A stretch of 64,000 nt of DNA, taken from contig CAXXDV010000001.1 in assembly GCA_963674745.2 (NCBI GenBank), positions 1,248,001-1,312,000 of the forward strand, in the 5' to 3' direction. The translations under genes were made by a program, and so were the position numbers. The DNA comes from Desulfosudaceae bacterium. GTDB taxonomy: Bacteria; Desulfobacterota; Desulfobacteria; Desulfobacterales; Desulfosudaceae. The notes below the pieces were generated by a model, which saw only the letters and a program-made list of their open reading frames with translations, was not told where the DNA came from and did no database searches. Of the stretch, positions 26,779 through 36,174 are shown one piece after another. How positions within the stretch are numbered: the first letter of the stretch is position 1; each line of letters starts with the position of its first letter.

Positions 26779-28320
26779 ATGTTAAAAACCAAACGGCCCT
26801 GCCTGCTGATGATTCTTGACGGCTGGGGAATAAGCCCCGAGCTGAAGGGAAACGCTGTGGCCGCCGCCGACACACCGCATATAGACCGTTTATTTGCCGA
26901 GTATGCCCACACAACGCTTCGTTGTTCAGGCGAGGCCGTCGGCCTGCCCGAGGGATACATGGGCAATTCTGAGGTCGGCCATCTGAATATCGGTGCCGGA
27001 AGGGTGGTCTATCAAGACCTGATGCGTATCAACCTTTCCATCAGAGACGGTTCGTTCTTTAATAACCGGATATTCGCCTCGGTCATGGACTCGGTAAAAG
27101 CCCGGAAGGCCGCCCTCCACCTGATGGGTCTGGTTTCCGACGGTGGTGTTCACAGTCATGTCGATCACCTGCAGGCCCTGGTAGAAATGGCTGCGGAACG
27201 CGACATAACGGTTTTTATTCATGCCATTTTAGACGGCCGGGACACCCCTCCGGACAGTGGAAAAGCCTATGTCTCTGATCTTGAAAACTTCCTGTCAACA
27301 TATACCAATGCCCGAATCGCAACCATCTGTGGCCGTTATTATGCCATGGATCGGGATACGCGCTGGGATAGAACTGAAAAGGCTTACCGGTTATATACCG
27401 AAGGCGTGGGAATTGCCGAAACAAACCCCGTTGCCGCGGTTGAAAACGCTTACAACAGGGGAGAAACCGACGAGTTTGTGGTTCCGGTAGCAATATGTGA
27501 TGATAACGGTGCGCCTTCCGGCGTGCTTTCAGAAAATGACGGCCTGATTTTTTTCAATTTTCGCTCTGATCGGGCCCGGCAGATTGTTCGCGCTTTTTCG
27601 GAAAAGGATTTTACATCTTTTTCCAGACCTGTCATTCCACGACTTTGCGACATCGTCTGTATGACCGAATATGATAAATCCCTGGCTCTTCCGGTTGCTT
27701 TTCCGCCAGCTTATCTTACCCATATCCTGGGTGAAACCCTGGCGGGCCAGGGGTATTCCCAGTTGAGAATCGCCGAAACCGAAAAATACGCCCATGTTAC
27801 CTATTTTTTTAATGGGGGTGTCGAATCACCCTTCGATCGGGAAGAACGCATACTGATTCCCTCCCCCCGGGATGTGGCGACCTATGATCTGAAACCGGAA
27901 ATGAGCGCGGCCGGTGTGGCCGAGGCCCTGATTCAGAAAATAAAACAAAAGGATCACGACCTGATGGTGGTCAACTTTGCGAACCTGGACATGGTCGGGC
28001 ATACCGGGGTGTTTGAGGCAGCTGTGTCCGCCTGTCAGACCGTAGACCGGTGTGTGGGTGCGGTAATAAAGGAACTTTTATCTCTTGACGGTTTTGCCCT
28101 GATCACCGCCGACCATGGAAATGCCGAGCAGATGATGGACATAAACGGTTCACCGCACACAGCGCACACGACAAACCCGGTGCCCTTGATTCTGGTTGAT
28201 GACAAGCGAAAAAAAACCGACATGAGGGAGGGAAAGCTGGGTGACATCGCACCGACTATTTTAAACCTCATGGAACTGGTACCCCCGGCTGAAATGACGG
28301 GTATTTCGTTGCTCGGTTAA
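26779..28320 (+). CDS. gpmI: 2,3-BPG-independent phosphoglycerate mutase
   Basis: ILDGWG, MGNSEVGH, ETEKYAHVT, TADHGNAE. Confidence 0.98.
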   Translation: MLKTKRPCLLMILDGWGISPELKGNAVAAADTPHIDRLFAEYAHTTLRCSGEAVGLPEGYMGNSEVGHLNIGAGRVVYQDLMRINLSIRDGSFFNNRIFASVMDSVKARKAALHLMGLVSDGGVHSHVDHLQALVEMAAERDITVFIHAILDGRDTPPDSGKAYVSDLENFLSTYTNARIATICGRYYAMDRDTRWDRTEKAYRLYTEGVGIAETNPVAAVENAYNRGETDEFVVPVAICDDNGAPSGVLSENDGLIFFNFRSDRARQIVRAFSEKDFTSFSRPVIPRLCDIVCMTEYDKSLALPVAFPPAYLTHILGETLAGQGYSQLRIAETEKYAHVTYFFNGGVESPFDREERILIPSPRDVATYDLKPEMSAAGVAEALIQKIKQKDHDLMVVNFANLDMVGHTGVFEAAVSACQTVDRCVGAVIKELLSLDGFALITADHGNAEQMMDINGSPHTAHTTNPVPLILVDDKRKKTDMREGKLGDIAPTILNLMELVPPAEMTGISLLG

Positions 28321-28400
28321 TTGCGCCCGGAGCCTGACCGGCCGTTAACAGTCCGGAAGTACAGGACAATAAAAGTATTTTCCCGACAGATCAAAGTGGT

Positions 28401-29075
28401 TTAAGTTGACACCTCTTTACCACAGTGCTTGCAAACTTTTGCTCTTTTTTTAATTATTTCAGCACAATAAGGACACTCGGTGGTAAAATGCCGTTCGTGG
28501 ATCTTTTGGATGGCCGCCTTGACGGTCGTGTCAATTTTTTCATTTCCGCTGATAAAGCCGCGCAAGGGCTCGATCGCTTCCAGATCTCCGATATCACCCA
28601 TCATTTCACCCGCTTTCAACCGCACCCGGGCCGGTGCCGTCACATCAAGCAAGAGCCTCAAGACTTCAATCCACCGGTTTTCCGTGTAAAGTTCAGCCAA
28701 CATCAAAAAGCCCTGTTTGGTGGCTTCTTTGATTCGCTCTTCTTCGGCCAGCACCTCGTCCGTAACAATCTGCCCGGTACCGCCCTGTGAACTGAAAACC
28801 GGCATGCATTCGAATCTTCCGGAGTCCGGATAGCAGATGTTTCGATAGGATGCCGAATGCCCAAAAGAGCCGCCGATATGATCCCACCCCTGCTTGAACG
28901 TCGGGCAGTCTTCATTAAAGCAGACATACAGATAAGGAACGCCCCAGCCCAGCCCGTCACCGAATGACATCGGCGGGACCTCCCAGATTTGCATCTCCTG
29001 ATTACAGCCCGGACATTTTGGTTTTTCCTGTTCCATCATTTTTTCCAGGAACTGTTCTTTGGTTTGAGTTGCCAT
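28401..29075 (-). CDS. Zinc-ribbon/HEAT-like conserved protein
   Basis: N-terminal CxxC and CxxxxC; C-terminal CPYC...CKHC. Confidence 0.75.
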   Translation of the reverse strand: MATQTKEQFLEKMMEQEKPKCPGCNQEMQIWEVPPMSFGDGLGWGVPYLYVCFNEDCPTFKQGWDHIGGSFGHSASYRNICYPDSGRFECMPVFSSQGGTGQIVTDEVLAEEERIKEATKQGFLMLAELYTENRWIEVLRLLLDVTAPARVRLKAGEMMGDIGDLEAIEPLRGFISGNEKIDTTVKAAIQKIHERHFTTECPYCAEIIKKRAKVCKHCGKEVST

Positions 29076-29079
29076 ATGA

Positions 29080-29880
29080 TTAACCTTTCTTAAGCAGAAC
29101 CATTGCGCACCAACCGTTTTCTGAAAACGTCGAAAGACAGTCAAATGCTTTTGTATACACCGACAGAAGGTTGTCGCACTCTTCTACTTTTGCACCGGAA
29201 AGAACCGCCAGACCGTTCTGCTTTGTTTTATCGGATATCTGTTTTGCGTATCTTATCAGCGTCGGTGGCCTCATGTTGCCTATTATTAAATTAAATCGTT
29301 CTGCTATTTTGTCAACGGGCTCATTGCAAACCGAAATCCGGTTTTGCAGATCATTTGCAATAATATTTTCCCGCGCCTCTTTTCTGGCGCAAGGGTCTAT
29401 GTCGATTGCCAGAACCCGCTTTATACCCAGAACCGCTGCGGTTATAGCAAGAATACCCGAACCGGTGCCGATGTCCAGCGCTGTTTTTTCACCCGGTTCC
29501 GATATGTTTTTCGACAAAACGGTATCAATGACGCGAACGGAAAGCCGCGTTGTCGGATGGCGGCAGTCTCCAAAAGCGGCTCCCGGCAGAATCTTTACCA
29601 GCGACAGCCCGTCTGGAAGGGGTGTCTTGTTTTGATGGGTCGCAAGCAGGATTCGCTCGGACAGGCGCACGCCGGTGGTATAATCTTTCTCCAGAAAGCT
29701 CTGACCACTGTCATAGACATATCGAAAATAACCGTCATTCACCAGCCGATGAAGGAACCCCACGGCCTGTCGCATCTTTAAACCGTTTTTACGCGCCAGC
29801 AGCCGGGTGGCCTGATGACAGGAAACCCTGGTGGGCGTTTCTTCCAGCAGCCTGGAAATATCCTCTATTATTTTTTCCAA
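29080..29880 (-). CDS. PrmA-like SAM methyltransferase with atypical N-terminus
   Basis: PGAAFGDCRHPTT, LDIGTGSGILA, DID. Confidence 0.85.
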   Translation of the reverse strand: MEKIIEDISRLLEETPTRVSCHQATRLLARKNGLKMRQAVGFLHRLVNDGYFRYVYDSGQSFLEKDYTTGVRLSERILLATHQNKTPLPDGLSLVKILPGAAFGDCRHPTTRLSVRVIDTVLSKNISEPGEKTALDIGTGSGILAITAAVLGIKRVLAIDIDPCARKEARENIIANDLQNRISVCNEPVDKIAERFNLIIGNMRPPTLIRYAKQISDKTKQNGLAVLSGAKVEECDNLLSVYTKAFDCLSTFSENGWCAMVLLKKG

Positions 29881-29955
29881 GGAAAACCAACCCGTTTAAA
29901 AGCACCTGTTATCCGGTAAAACGTTTCAATCCGAAGAAAACAAAACATCGCCGGT

Positions 29956-30309
29956 TTAACGAAACTCAACTCCTTCCTTATCCAGAAGCGCTTTATACCA
30001 GCAGGAAAAGTCAAACATGGCTAAAAAACGATCTTCATTGTTGATCAGCCCCAGGCTCATTTCAACCAATCCCCGCCGGTACTGACCACTGATTTTTTCA
30101 TCACCCCGGGTTTGCAGAAACTCCTTTGTCAAGGTGTGGCTGGTTCTCTGTGTAACGTCTTTTCGTATATCGATGGGATCTTTTGGCGGCTCAAATGGAT
30201 TCCAATCCTCGTACCCTTTCTTCAGAATCCGCTTCTGGCCCCGTTCAGACATGCTTTCAAAAATGGCACGCTTCTGGTTTTCATCTGCTGACATACCGTT
30301 TTCTGTCAT
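29956..30309 (-). CDS. Hypothetical protein
   Basis: 117-aa ORF with AAAGGAG SD, in operon context. Confidence 0.7.
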   Translation of the reverse strand: MTENGMSADENQKRAIFESMSERGQKRILKKGYEDWNPFEPPKDPIDIRKDVTQRTSHTLTKEFLQTRGDEKISGQYRRGLVEMSLGLINNEDRFLAMFDFSCWYKALLDKEGVEFR

Positions 30310-30323
30310 CTGAACACTCCTTT

Positions 30324-31016
30324 TTATGTTTGATCCTTTTTTTCGTCTTTATCTTTCTCATCTTCCTTTTCATCAGAAAAACCGAAATAAGCGTCATTAT
30401 AGTCTGTCAAAATGGCCATGGACACCGGAACCAGCAGGCCATCCATGTTTTTGTAAGGCGTTTGGATGGCTTCTACAATTTCAGCGGAAATCCGGTTTAA
30501 CTGATCAAAAAGCTTGTCCATGTTTACCACCGGGTATTTTTCACCTTCTATAAAGCCGCTTTTCCCGCAGGTATGACTCATCCCCTGTATCAAGGTCGGA
30601 ATACCGTAAACCCGGCAGGTAATCGGTCTGTCGGCGTATAAAGAACACATCTCCCTTTCGTTGAGCAGCGGACAACGTATTCTTTCCCGACCCATTTTAT
30701 ATAAAAGTTCCACTTCATTTGATCGGTCTTCCTTGAGCTCTTTGGAAGCCTGTTTTTTCAGCTTGAACACGGCCCGGTCAGCCTTGTTGGCCTTTTCCAT
30801 GAGCTCCGAATCTGCGCCAAAAGCATCCCTGGCCTTTTGGTTCAAGTACAGGGCCTCAACCAGAGAAAGATCAAACAGCGCGTAACAGCAGTCGGTACAC
30901 CCTTTTTTACAGTTAACGCAGGCCGGATACGCCGCTTTAACTTTTTCAACGATCTGGTCTATCTGTTCAACCAGGGCTTCATATTTTTTAAAATACGGGG
31001 AAAAATCAAAATCCAT
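30324..31016 (-). CDS. YkgJ family cysteine-cluster protein
   Basis: CKKGCTDCC, CPLL...CSLYADRPITCRVYG. Confidence 0.88.
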   Translation of the reverse strand: MDFDFSPYFKKYEALVEQIDQIVEKVKAAYPACVNCKKGCTDCCYALFDLSLVEALYLNQKARDAFGADSELMEKANKADRAVFKLKKQASKELKEDRSNEVELLYKMGRERIRCPLLNEREMCSLYADRPITCRVYGIPTLIQGMSHTCGKSGFIEGEKYPVVNMDKLFDQLNRISAEIVEAIQTPYKNMDGLLVPVSMAILTDYNDAYFGFSDEKEDEKDKDEKKDQT

Positions 31017-31047
31017 AATATGTCCTCACCTTCTGTGTTTTTATTAA

Positions 31048-31063
31048 TGTTTCACGTGAAACA
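31048..31063. promoter_or_regulatory. parS: parS centromere site
   Basis: TGTTTCACGTGAAACA, exact consensus; palindrome extends 31046-31065. Confidence 0.92.
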
Positions 31064-31066
31064 TTT

Positions 31067-32476
31067 TTACTTTCCGATACAAAACCGGCTGAAAATATCA
31101 TCCAGGACATCCATTCCGGCACAATGACCGACGATCTCATTAAGCGCTTTGATGGCATCTCTCAAATCAATCGCGACCAAATCCTCGGGAAGATTGCGGG
31201 TTATGGCGTCCATTGCAGACATTACGGCTTCAAGCGCCTTTTTCAGGGCGGCCCGGTGTCGAATGTTCGGCAGCAGCGAATCCTCTTCAACCATTGTCAG
31301 GCGGCTTTTAAGCCGATTGACCATTAACGCCTTAAGATTGGAGACGCCCTCACCTGTCAGCGCCGAAATCTTAACAGCCGGAAACCGTTCCTGCAACTCG
31401 GAATCAAAATCAAAGCCGTCCGTCTGACAAAGATCTGTTTTGTTACCGACAAGAATCAGGTTGTCCGGCGGAACCGATGCCATCATCTCCAGGTCTTCGG
31501 TAGAAACACCAACCGTGGCATCAACCAGATATACCACCGTGTCCGCTTTTGAGGCAACGTCCTTCGTCCGTTGCATACCGGCTTCTTCCAACACGTCTTT
31601 TTTTTCGATTCCAAGACCGGCCGTATCCGTAAAAACAAAACCATAACCTTCGATCGTCAGCGTTTCTTCTATAAAGTCCCTGGTCGTACCCGGAATGGCG
31701 GAAACAATCGCCCGCTCCCGCCCCAAAAGCGTATTCAGAAGGGTTGATTTGCCGGCGTTGGGAGCACCAATCAGAGCAACCTTAACACCCGTCCGGATCC
31801 AGGCATAGTCTTGATGGCGCTCGATTAACTGCTCCAGTCGAGGAACAACAACAGAACGAAGCCGGTTTTGAACCGCTTCTAAAAAAACCGGTTCCAGGTT
31901 CTGGTCCGAAAAGTCGATTGAGGCTTCGATTTCCGCAAGTATGCCGGAAAGATGTTCTTTTATGGTATCGATTTCCACGTTCATCTTTCCGGCTATCTGG
32001 TTGACCGCTAAATTGAGCGCTTTTTTCGACCGTGACGCAATAATATCAGCCACTGCTTCGGCCTGCATCAAATCTATTTTACCATTTAAAAAAGCACGGC
32101 GGGTAAACTCCCCGGGCTCGGCAAGCCTGGCGCCGAGGTCCATCAGCAACTGAAGAATCGTATTCAAAACATAAGGGCTGCCATGGGCATGGATTTCGAC
32201 CACATCCTCTCCAGTGTATGATCGGGGTCCGCGCATAAAAACAACCAGAACCTCATCAATCAGCTGGTGATCATCAACAATCTGTCCATGATAAAACCGG
32301 TGTGATCGAATCGTTTCGATAGAAAGTGTTGCCGGGGCTTCGTCTGGCCGGGCACGAGATACTGGTCGAAATACCTGTAAAAGAAGCGCTAAAGACCGGG
32401 GTCCTGAGACCCGAATGACCCCAACACCGCCGGCGGCAAGAGGCGTGGCAATGGCGGCTATGGTGCTGTTTTCCAT
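31067..32476 (-). CDS. mnmE: tRNA modification GTPase MnmE
   Basis: TIAAIAT, SYTGEDVVE, GAPNAGKS, GTTRD, FCIGK. Confidence 0.98.
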   Translation of the reverse strand: MENSTIAAIATPLAAGGVGVIRVSGPRSLALLLQVFRPVSRARPDEAPATLSIETIRSHRFYHGQIVDDHQLIDEVLVVFMRGPRSYTGEDVVEIHAHGSPYVLNTILQLLMDLGARLAEPGEFTRRAFLNGKIDLMQAEAVADIIASRSKKALNLAVNQIAGKMNVEIDTIKEHLSGILAEIEASIDFSDQNLEPVFLEAVQNRLRSVVVPRLEQLIERHQDYAWIRTGVKVALIGAPNAGKSTLLNTLLGRERAIVSAIPGTTRDFIEETLTIEGYGFVFTDTAGLGIEKKDVLEEAGMQRTKDVASKADTVVYLVDATVGVSTEDLEMMASVPPDNLILVGNKTDLCQTDGFDFDSELQERFPAVKISALTGEGVSNLKALMVNRLKSRLTMVEEDSLLPNIRHRAALKKALEAVMSAMDAITRNLPEDLVAIDLRDAIKALNEIVGHCAGMDVLDDIFSRFCIGK

Positions 32477-32559
32477 TTTTCTGTTTTTCTAAAACATTTG
32501 GAGGCCTTTTGAGCTTAAAAAAGGTGGTGGCCATCAACAACTTTTTAAGGGTTAGACCG

Positions 32560-33414
32560 TTACTTCTCTCCGCCCTTTTTTCCTCGCCAGGTTTTTTTAC
32601 CTGGATGAATGACAATATTCCGGACTTCTCCACCACCCGTACTTCGCGTTTTAACGTTTTTGTTCTTTCGTAGCGCGTCGTGAATTATTTTTCGTTCATA
32701 AGCATCCATGCGGTTGATGGTGGTCGGTTTTCCCGTCTGTTTGACTTTATCCGCCATTCTTGCGGCCAGGGATTTCAAAGAGGCTTTTCTTTTTTCCATA
32801 TATTTTTCGACATCCACAGAAACCCGGGCCCGTTCGCCACAGGACTTGTGAATGATTTTTTCCACGATATGCTGCATGGCCTTCAACGTCTGTCCGTGCT
32901 TTCCGATCAATATGGCGGCATTGTCCCCTTCGATATTAAAAAAAGCCTGCTGGTTCTGTAAACGGAAAGAGACGGTCGCTTCGGTGCCGATACAATCAAT
33001 GATTTTGGAAAGCGCGATTTTTCCAACTTCAAGGTCCGCTTCGGTAAGCGTTCTTTCCGGCTCACGGTCTAAGGCGTCCGGTTCAGGGTCTAAGGCGTCC
33101 GGTTTCGCGGGAGCCGGGGGTTCGTCTGCTTCCTCCGGGTTGTTCGTGTCCGCATCGGCAAAGGTTTCATCCACCAGGGAAAGAATTTCCTGTCTTTCCT
33201 TTTCCGCCGCTGTTACTTCCGCGTTTTCCGGCTTCTTAACACGGATTTTAGCATTTTTTGCACCGACCAGACCGAAAATTCCACTGGAGCCGGAAAATTC
33301 TATTTCATATTTAAGCTTTTCTGTCGTAACCCCAAGTTCTTTACACGCATTTTGTATGGCAGCATCAACGGTTTTTCCTTCAAAAAAAGACCAGGAAGCC
33401 ATTTTTTCCTCCAC
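32560..33414 (-). CDS. jag: Jag/EloR RNA-binding protein (Jag_N-KH-R3H)
   Basis: EGKTVDAA, LIGKHGQTL, ERKIIH. Confidence 0.93.
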   Translation of the reverse strand: MEEKMASWSFFEGKTVDAAIQNACKELGVTTEKLKYEIEFSGSSGIFGLVGAKNAKIRVKKPENAEVTAAEKERQEILSLVDETFADADTNNPEEADEPPAPAKPDALDPEPDALDREPERTLTEADLEVGKIALSKIIDCIGTEATVSFRLQNQQAFFNIEGDNAAILIGKHGQTLKAMQHIVEKIIHKSCGERARVSVDVEKYMEKRKASLKSLAARMADKVKQTGKPTTINRMDAYERKIIHDALRKNKNVKTRSTGGGEVRNIVIHPGKKTWRGKKGGEK

Positions 33415-33417
33415 TAC

Positions 33418-35097
33418 TTAAGATTTCTCCCGGGTGACATACTGCTGCTGAAAAATCGAAAAAAGGTTGTTCACTATAAAATACAGCACCAGCCCGGAAG
33501 GGAAGTTGATAAAAATAACGGTTAAAAATATCGGCATCAGCAGCATCATTTTGGCCTGGGCCGGATCCCCCGGAGACGGTTGCATTTTCTGCTGCAAAAA
33601 CATGGTGGCACCCATGATAATCGTCAGCACAGGAATTCCCGTCGGTGGTTGCATCAGGGGAATTGTAAAATCAAAAGAAAAAAGTCGCTCCGGGGCGGAA
33701 AGATCATTGATCCACATGAAAAAATGGGCGTGGCGGAGTTCTATGGCCTGGTAAAGCATTCGATAAAAAGCAATAAACACCGGAATCTGAATCACCATGG
33801 GAAGGCAGCCCCCCAGTGGGTTGACTTTATATGTTTTATAAAGCCCCATCATTTCCTGATTCATTTTCTGTTTATCGTTTTTATATTTTTCCCGTATTTC
33901 CGCCATTAAGGGTTGTATCTTCTTCATCTCACCCATGGATTTATAGCTCTTTGTGCCCAAAGGCCAGAACAGCAGTTTGATGATCAGCGTCACCAGCATG
34001 ATGGAAATCCCGTAGTTGGGAATGATGCGATAGATCTGCTTCATCAGCCAGAGACAGGGCCTGGCTACAACATCGAACCAGCCAAAATTAACCGCCCGGT
34101 CTAAATCACTGCCGACCGATTTTAAAACACTGATATCCTTGGGCCCCATATAAAGCGTATAGTGATAGGTCGACTTCGCCTGGGGTGACAGGGACGCCAT
34201 GTTCTGACGATATTGAACCGATACCAGACCGTCTTCCCCATGCTTCAGAGCCATGACGGCTTCGTCCGGCTGTTCGGGAATCACAGCGGTCATAAAATAG
34301 CGGGTCTGAATGGCAACCCAGGAAAGAGGGCCGGGAATACTCGGGGTCTCTTCTATCTTTTTGAGCTTGACCTCTTCCAGTTTTCCCCCGATGTAAGTGC
34401 AGGGGCCTTCAAACACAAACCGGCTTTCCTTTTCTGAAAAATTGCGGTTTAGAGATACGCCCAGAACACCGCCAAACGGTTCTGCCGATCGGTTTTCAAC
34501 CGTAATATCAAGACCAACCGTATAAGTATCCGGCAAAAAGGTGTATCGTTTTGTTATGGATACGAACTCGTTTACATGGCTTTTAAAAGAAAGCGTTCTG
34601 GCCGAGCCGGCGACCTCAACCGTTCCGGAAACACCGGCATCCGGGTAAAAACGGCTTGTTTTATTATCCGGTACAGCGGTTAATTCAAAATTAACGCAGC
34701 CGGTCCCCCGGTCGTTTTTTTCTGAAATAAGCTGTTTGTTTGGTGATGCGTCACTATTGTCTGCTTTATAGTGTTTTAAATTAAAGGCCGTAAAACACAT
34801 TTCCCGTCCTGATAACACGGCTGAATACAATGGGGTTTCAATAAAGATGGGGGGTGAGGGCGGTTCTTCAACAACCGTGGTCACCTCCGTCATTTTATCG
34901 CCATCGTCTTCCACCGGTTTTTTGGCTGGAGGCAATGCTTCCCGGAGGGGTTCTGACGGAGGGTGAACAACCTTCTCCTCTTGTGCCGTTTGCTCGGGGA
35001 CAGGCGCCCGGGGCATTTCCGGTTTAAAGAAAAAATCCCAGACCAGAAGAATAAGAACTGATAGCACAATGGCTATAACAAGTCGTGTTTGTTCCAT
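33418..35097 (-). CDS. yidC: Membrane protein insertase YidC
   Basis: NYGISI, NPLGGCLP, FPSGLVLY. Confidence 0.97.
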   Translation of the reverse strand: MEQTRLVIAIVLSVLILLVWDFFFKPEMPRAPVPEQTAQEEKVVHPPSEPLREALPPAKKPVEDDGDKMTEVTTVVEEPPSPPIFIETPLYSAVLSGREMCFTAFNLKHYKADNSDASPNKQLISEKNDRGTGCVNFELTAVPDNKTSRFYPDAGVSGTVEVAGSARTLSFKSHVNEFVSITKRYTFLPDTYTVGLDITVENRSAEPFGGVLGVSLNRNFSEKESRFVFEGPCTYIGGKLEEVKLKKIEETPSIPGPLSWVAIQTRYFMTAVIPEQPDEAVMALKHGEDGLVSVQYRQNMASLSPQAKSTYHYTLYMGPKDISVLKSVGSDLDRAVNFGWFDVVARPCLWLMKQIYRIIPNYGISIMLVTLIIKLLFWPLGTKSYKSMGEMKKIQPLMAEIREKYKNDKQKMNQEMMGLYKTYKVNPLGGCLPMVIQIPVFIAFYRMLYQAIELRHAHFFMWINDLSAPERLFSFDFTIPLMQPPTGIPVLTIIMGATMFLQQKMQPSPGDPAQAKMMLLMPIFLTVIFINFPSGLVLYFIVNNLFSIFQQQYVTREKS

Positions 35098-35237
35098 TTT
35101 TTTTGTATCCTGACAATAACTTTTTTACAGAGGACAGCACGGTCGAACAGCTGCCAAAAACAAAACACAGGTCTTGTTCTCGGCCTGTTCAGCTTGGATG
35201 CGTATTCGGAAAAAAAGACAGACGGCTTGTCCGTGGC

Positions 35238-35453
35238 TTAAGGGACGGGATCATAACCACCGGGATGAAAAGGCTGACATTTTGAAAGTCTTCTAATGGA
35301 AAGTAAGCCCCCTTTTATAACCCCATACCGATGGACAGCTTCGTAAGCATATTCTGAGCAGGTAGGATAAAACCGGCAGGCAGGCCCCAGCAAGGGGGAT
35401 AACCACCACTGATATGCTTTTATTAACAAAAGGAGGCCTTTTTTAAATATCAT
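35238..35453 (-). CDS. yidD: Membrane protein insertion efficiency factor
   Basis: [10 protein letters not shown]...[13 protein letters not shown]. Confidence 0.95.
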   Translation of the reverse strand: MIFKKGLLLLIKAYQWWLSPLLGPACRFYPTCSEYAYEAVHRYGVIKGGLLSIRRLSKCQPFHPGGYDPVP

Positions 35454-35838
35454 GGCTAGAAATTTTTTCAAAAATTTTATCCAGTGATGAAAAAACCTTC
35501 TCTGAAGAACATTGCGCAATATTTTTTTTGGCAATGATATTAATATCCCAACAACCACATAGGTTTTGCTTGCTTGTTCTGAAACGCTCTCTGACCTGTC
35601 GCTTTAAACGGTTTCGTGTAGCGGCGTTTCCCGCTTTTTTAGATATCGTCAATCCCAGCCGGCTGTTATTTCTGTTGTTTCCTGTAAACTGAGCAATAAA
35701 GCAATCCGAATGTGCTTTTTTCCCCTTGTTCCTTAATAGAACAAACTCCGCCCTCTTTAACAGCCTGTATTTTTTTGAAAAACTAAACTCTGCCAACAGA
35801 ACCAGCTTGTTTTGTAAAAAGTTTTCGTCTGTTTCCAA
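35443..35838 (-). CDS. rnpA: RNase P protein (start uncertain)
   Basis: [21 protein letters not shown]. Confidence 0.93.
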   Translation of the reverse strand: METDENFLQNKLVLLAEFSFSKKYRLLKRAEFVLLRNKGKKAHSDCFIAQFTGNNRNNSRLGLTISKKAGNAATRNRLKRQVRERFRTSKQNLCGCWDINIIAKKNIAQCSSEKVFSSLDKIFEKISSHDI

Positions 35839-35912
35839 TCAACCCCGTTGGGTGTTTTGGCCTGGTCATGTTTTCCGTTTGCGTCACGTCTTTCTCTCGA
35901 ACAATCAAACAA

Positions 35913-36047
35913 TTAAACAGACAGCCGTTTTCTTCCTTTTGCTCTCCTCCTTTTAATAATATTTCTACCCTGTTTTGTAGACATACGTTTTCTGAAGCCG
36001 TGTGTTCTGGCTCGTTTCACACGACTCGGCTGATATGTGCGTTTCAT
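35913..36047 (-). CDS. rpmH: 50S ribosomal protein L34 (missing from the ORF track)
   Basis: Hand translation [44 protein letters not shown]. Confidence 0.98.
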   Translation of the reverse strand: MKRTYQPSRVKRARTHGFRKRMSTKQGRNIIKRRRAKGRKRLSV

Positions 36048-36098
36048 GATCCTACATCCTTTTTATCGGTATTTGTTCTCAAAAAAAATAATCCACCT

Positions 36099-36127
36099 TT
36101 TATAATACCGGCAAAACCAAAAGTCAA
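36099..36127 (-). promoter_or_regulatory. sigma70 promoter of rpmH
   Basis: TTGACT-17 bp-TATAAA on the minus strand. Confidence 0.65.
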
Positions 36128-36174
36128 GATATAAAAAATTATCAATAAAATCAGATTAAACCATTAACGTCTGG

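Noticed and set aside
33066..33104. 21-bp tandem duplication in jag (PDALDPE/PDALDRE)
   Set aside because: Small in-frame duplication in a variable linker; unremarkable.
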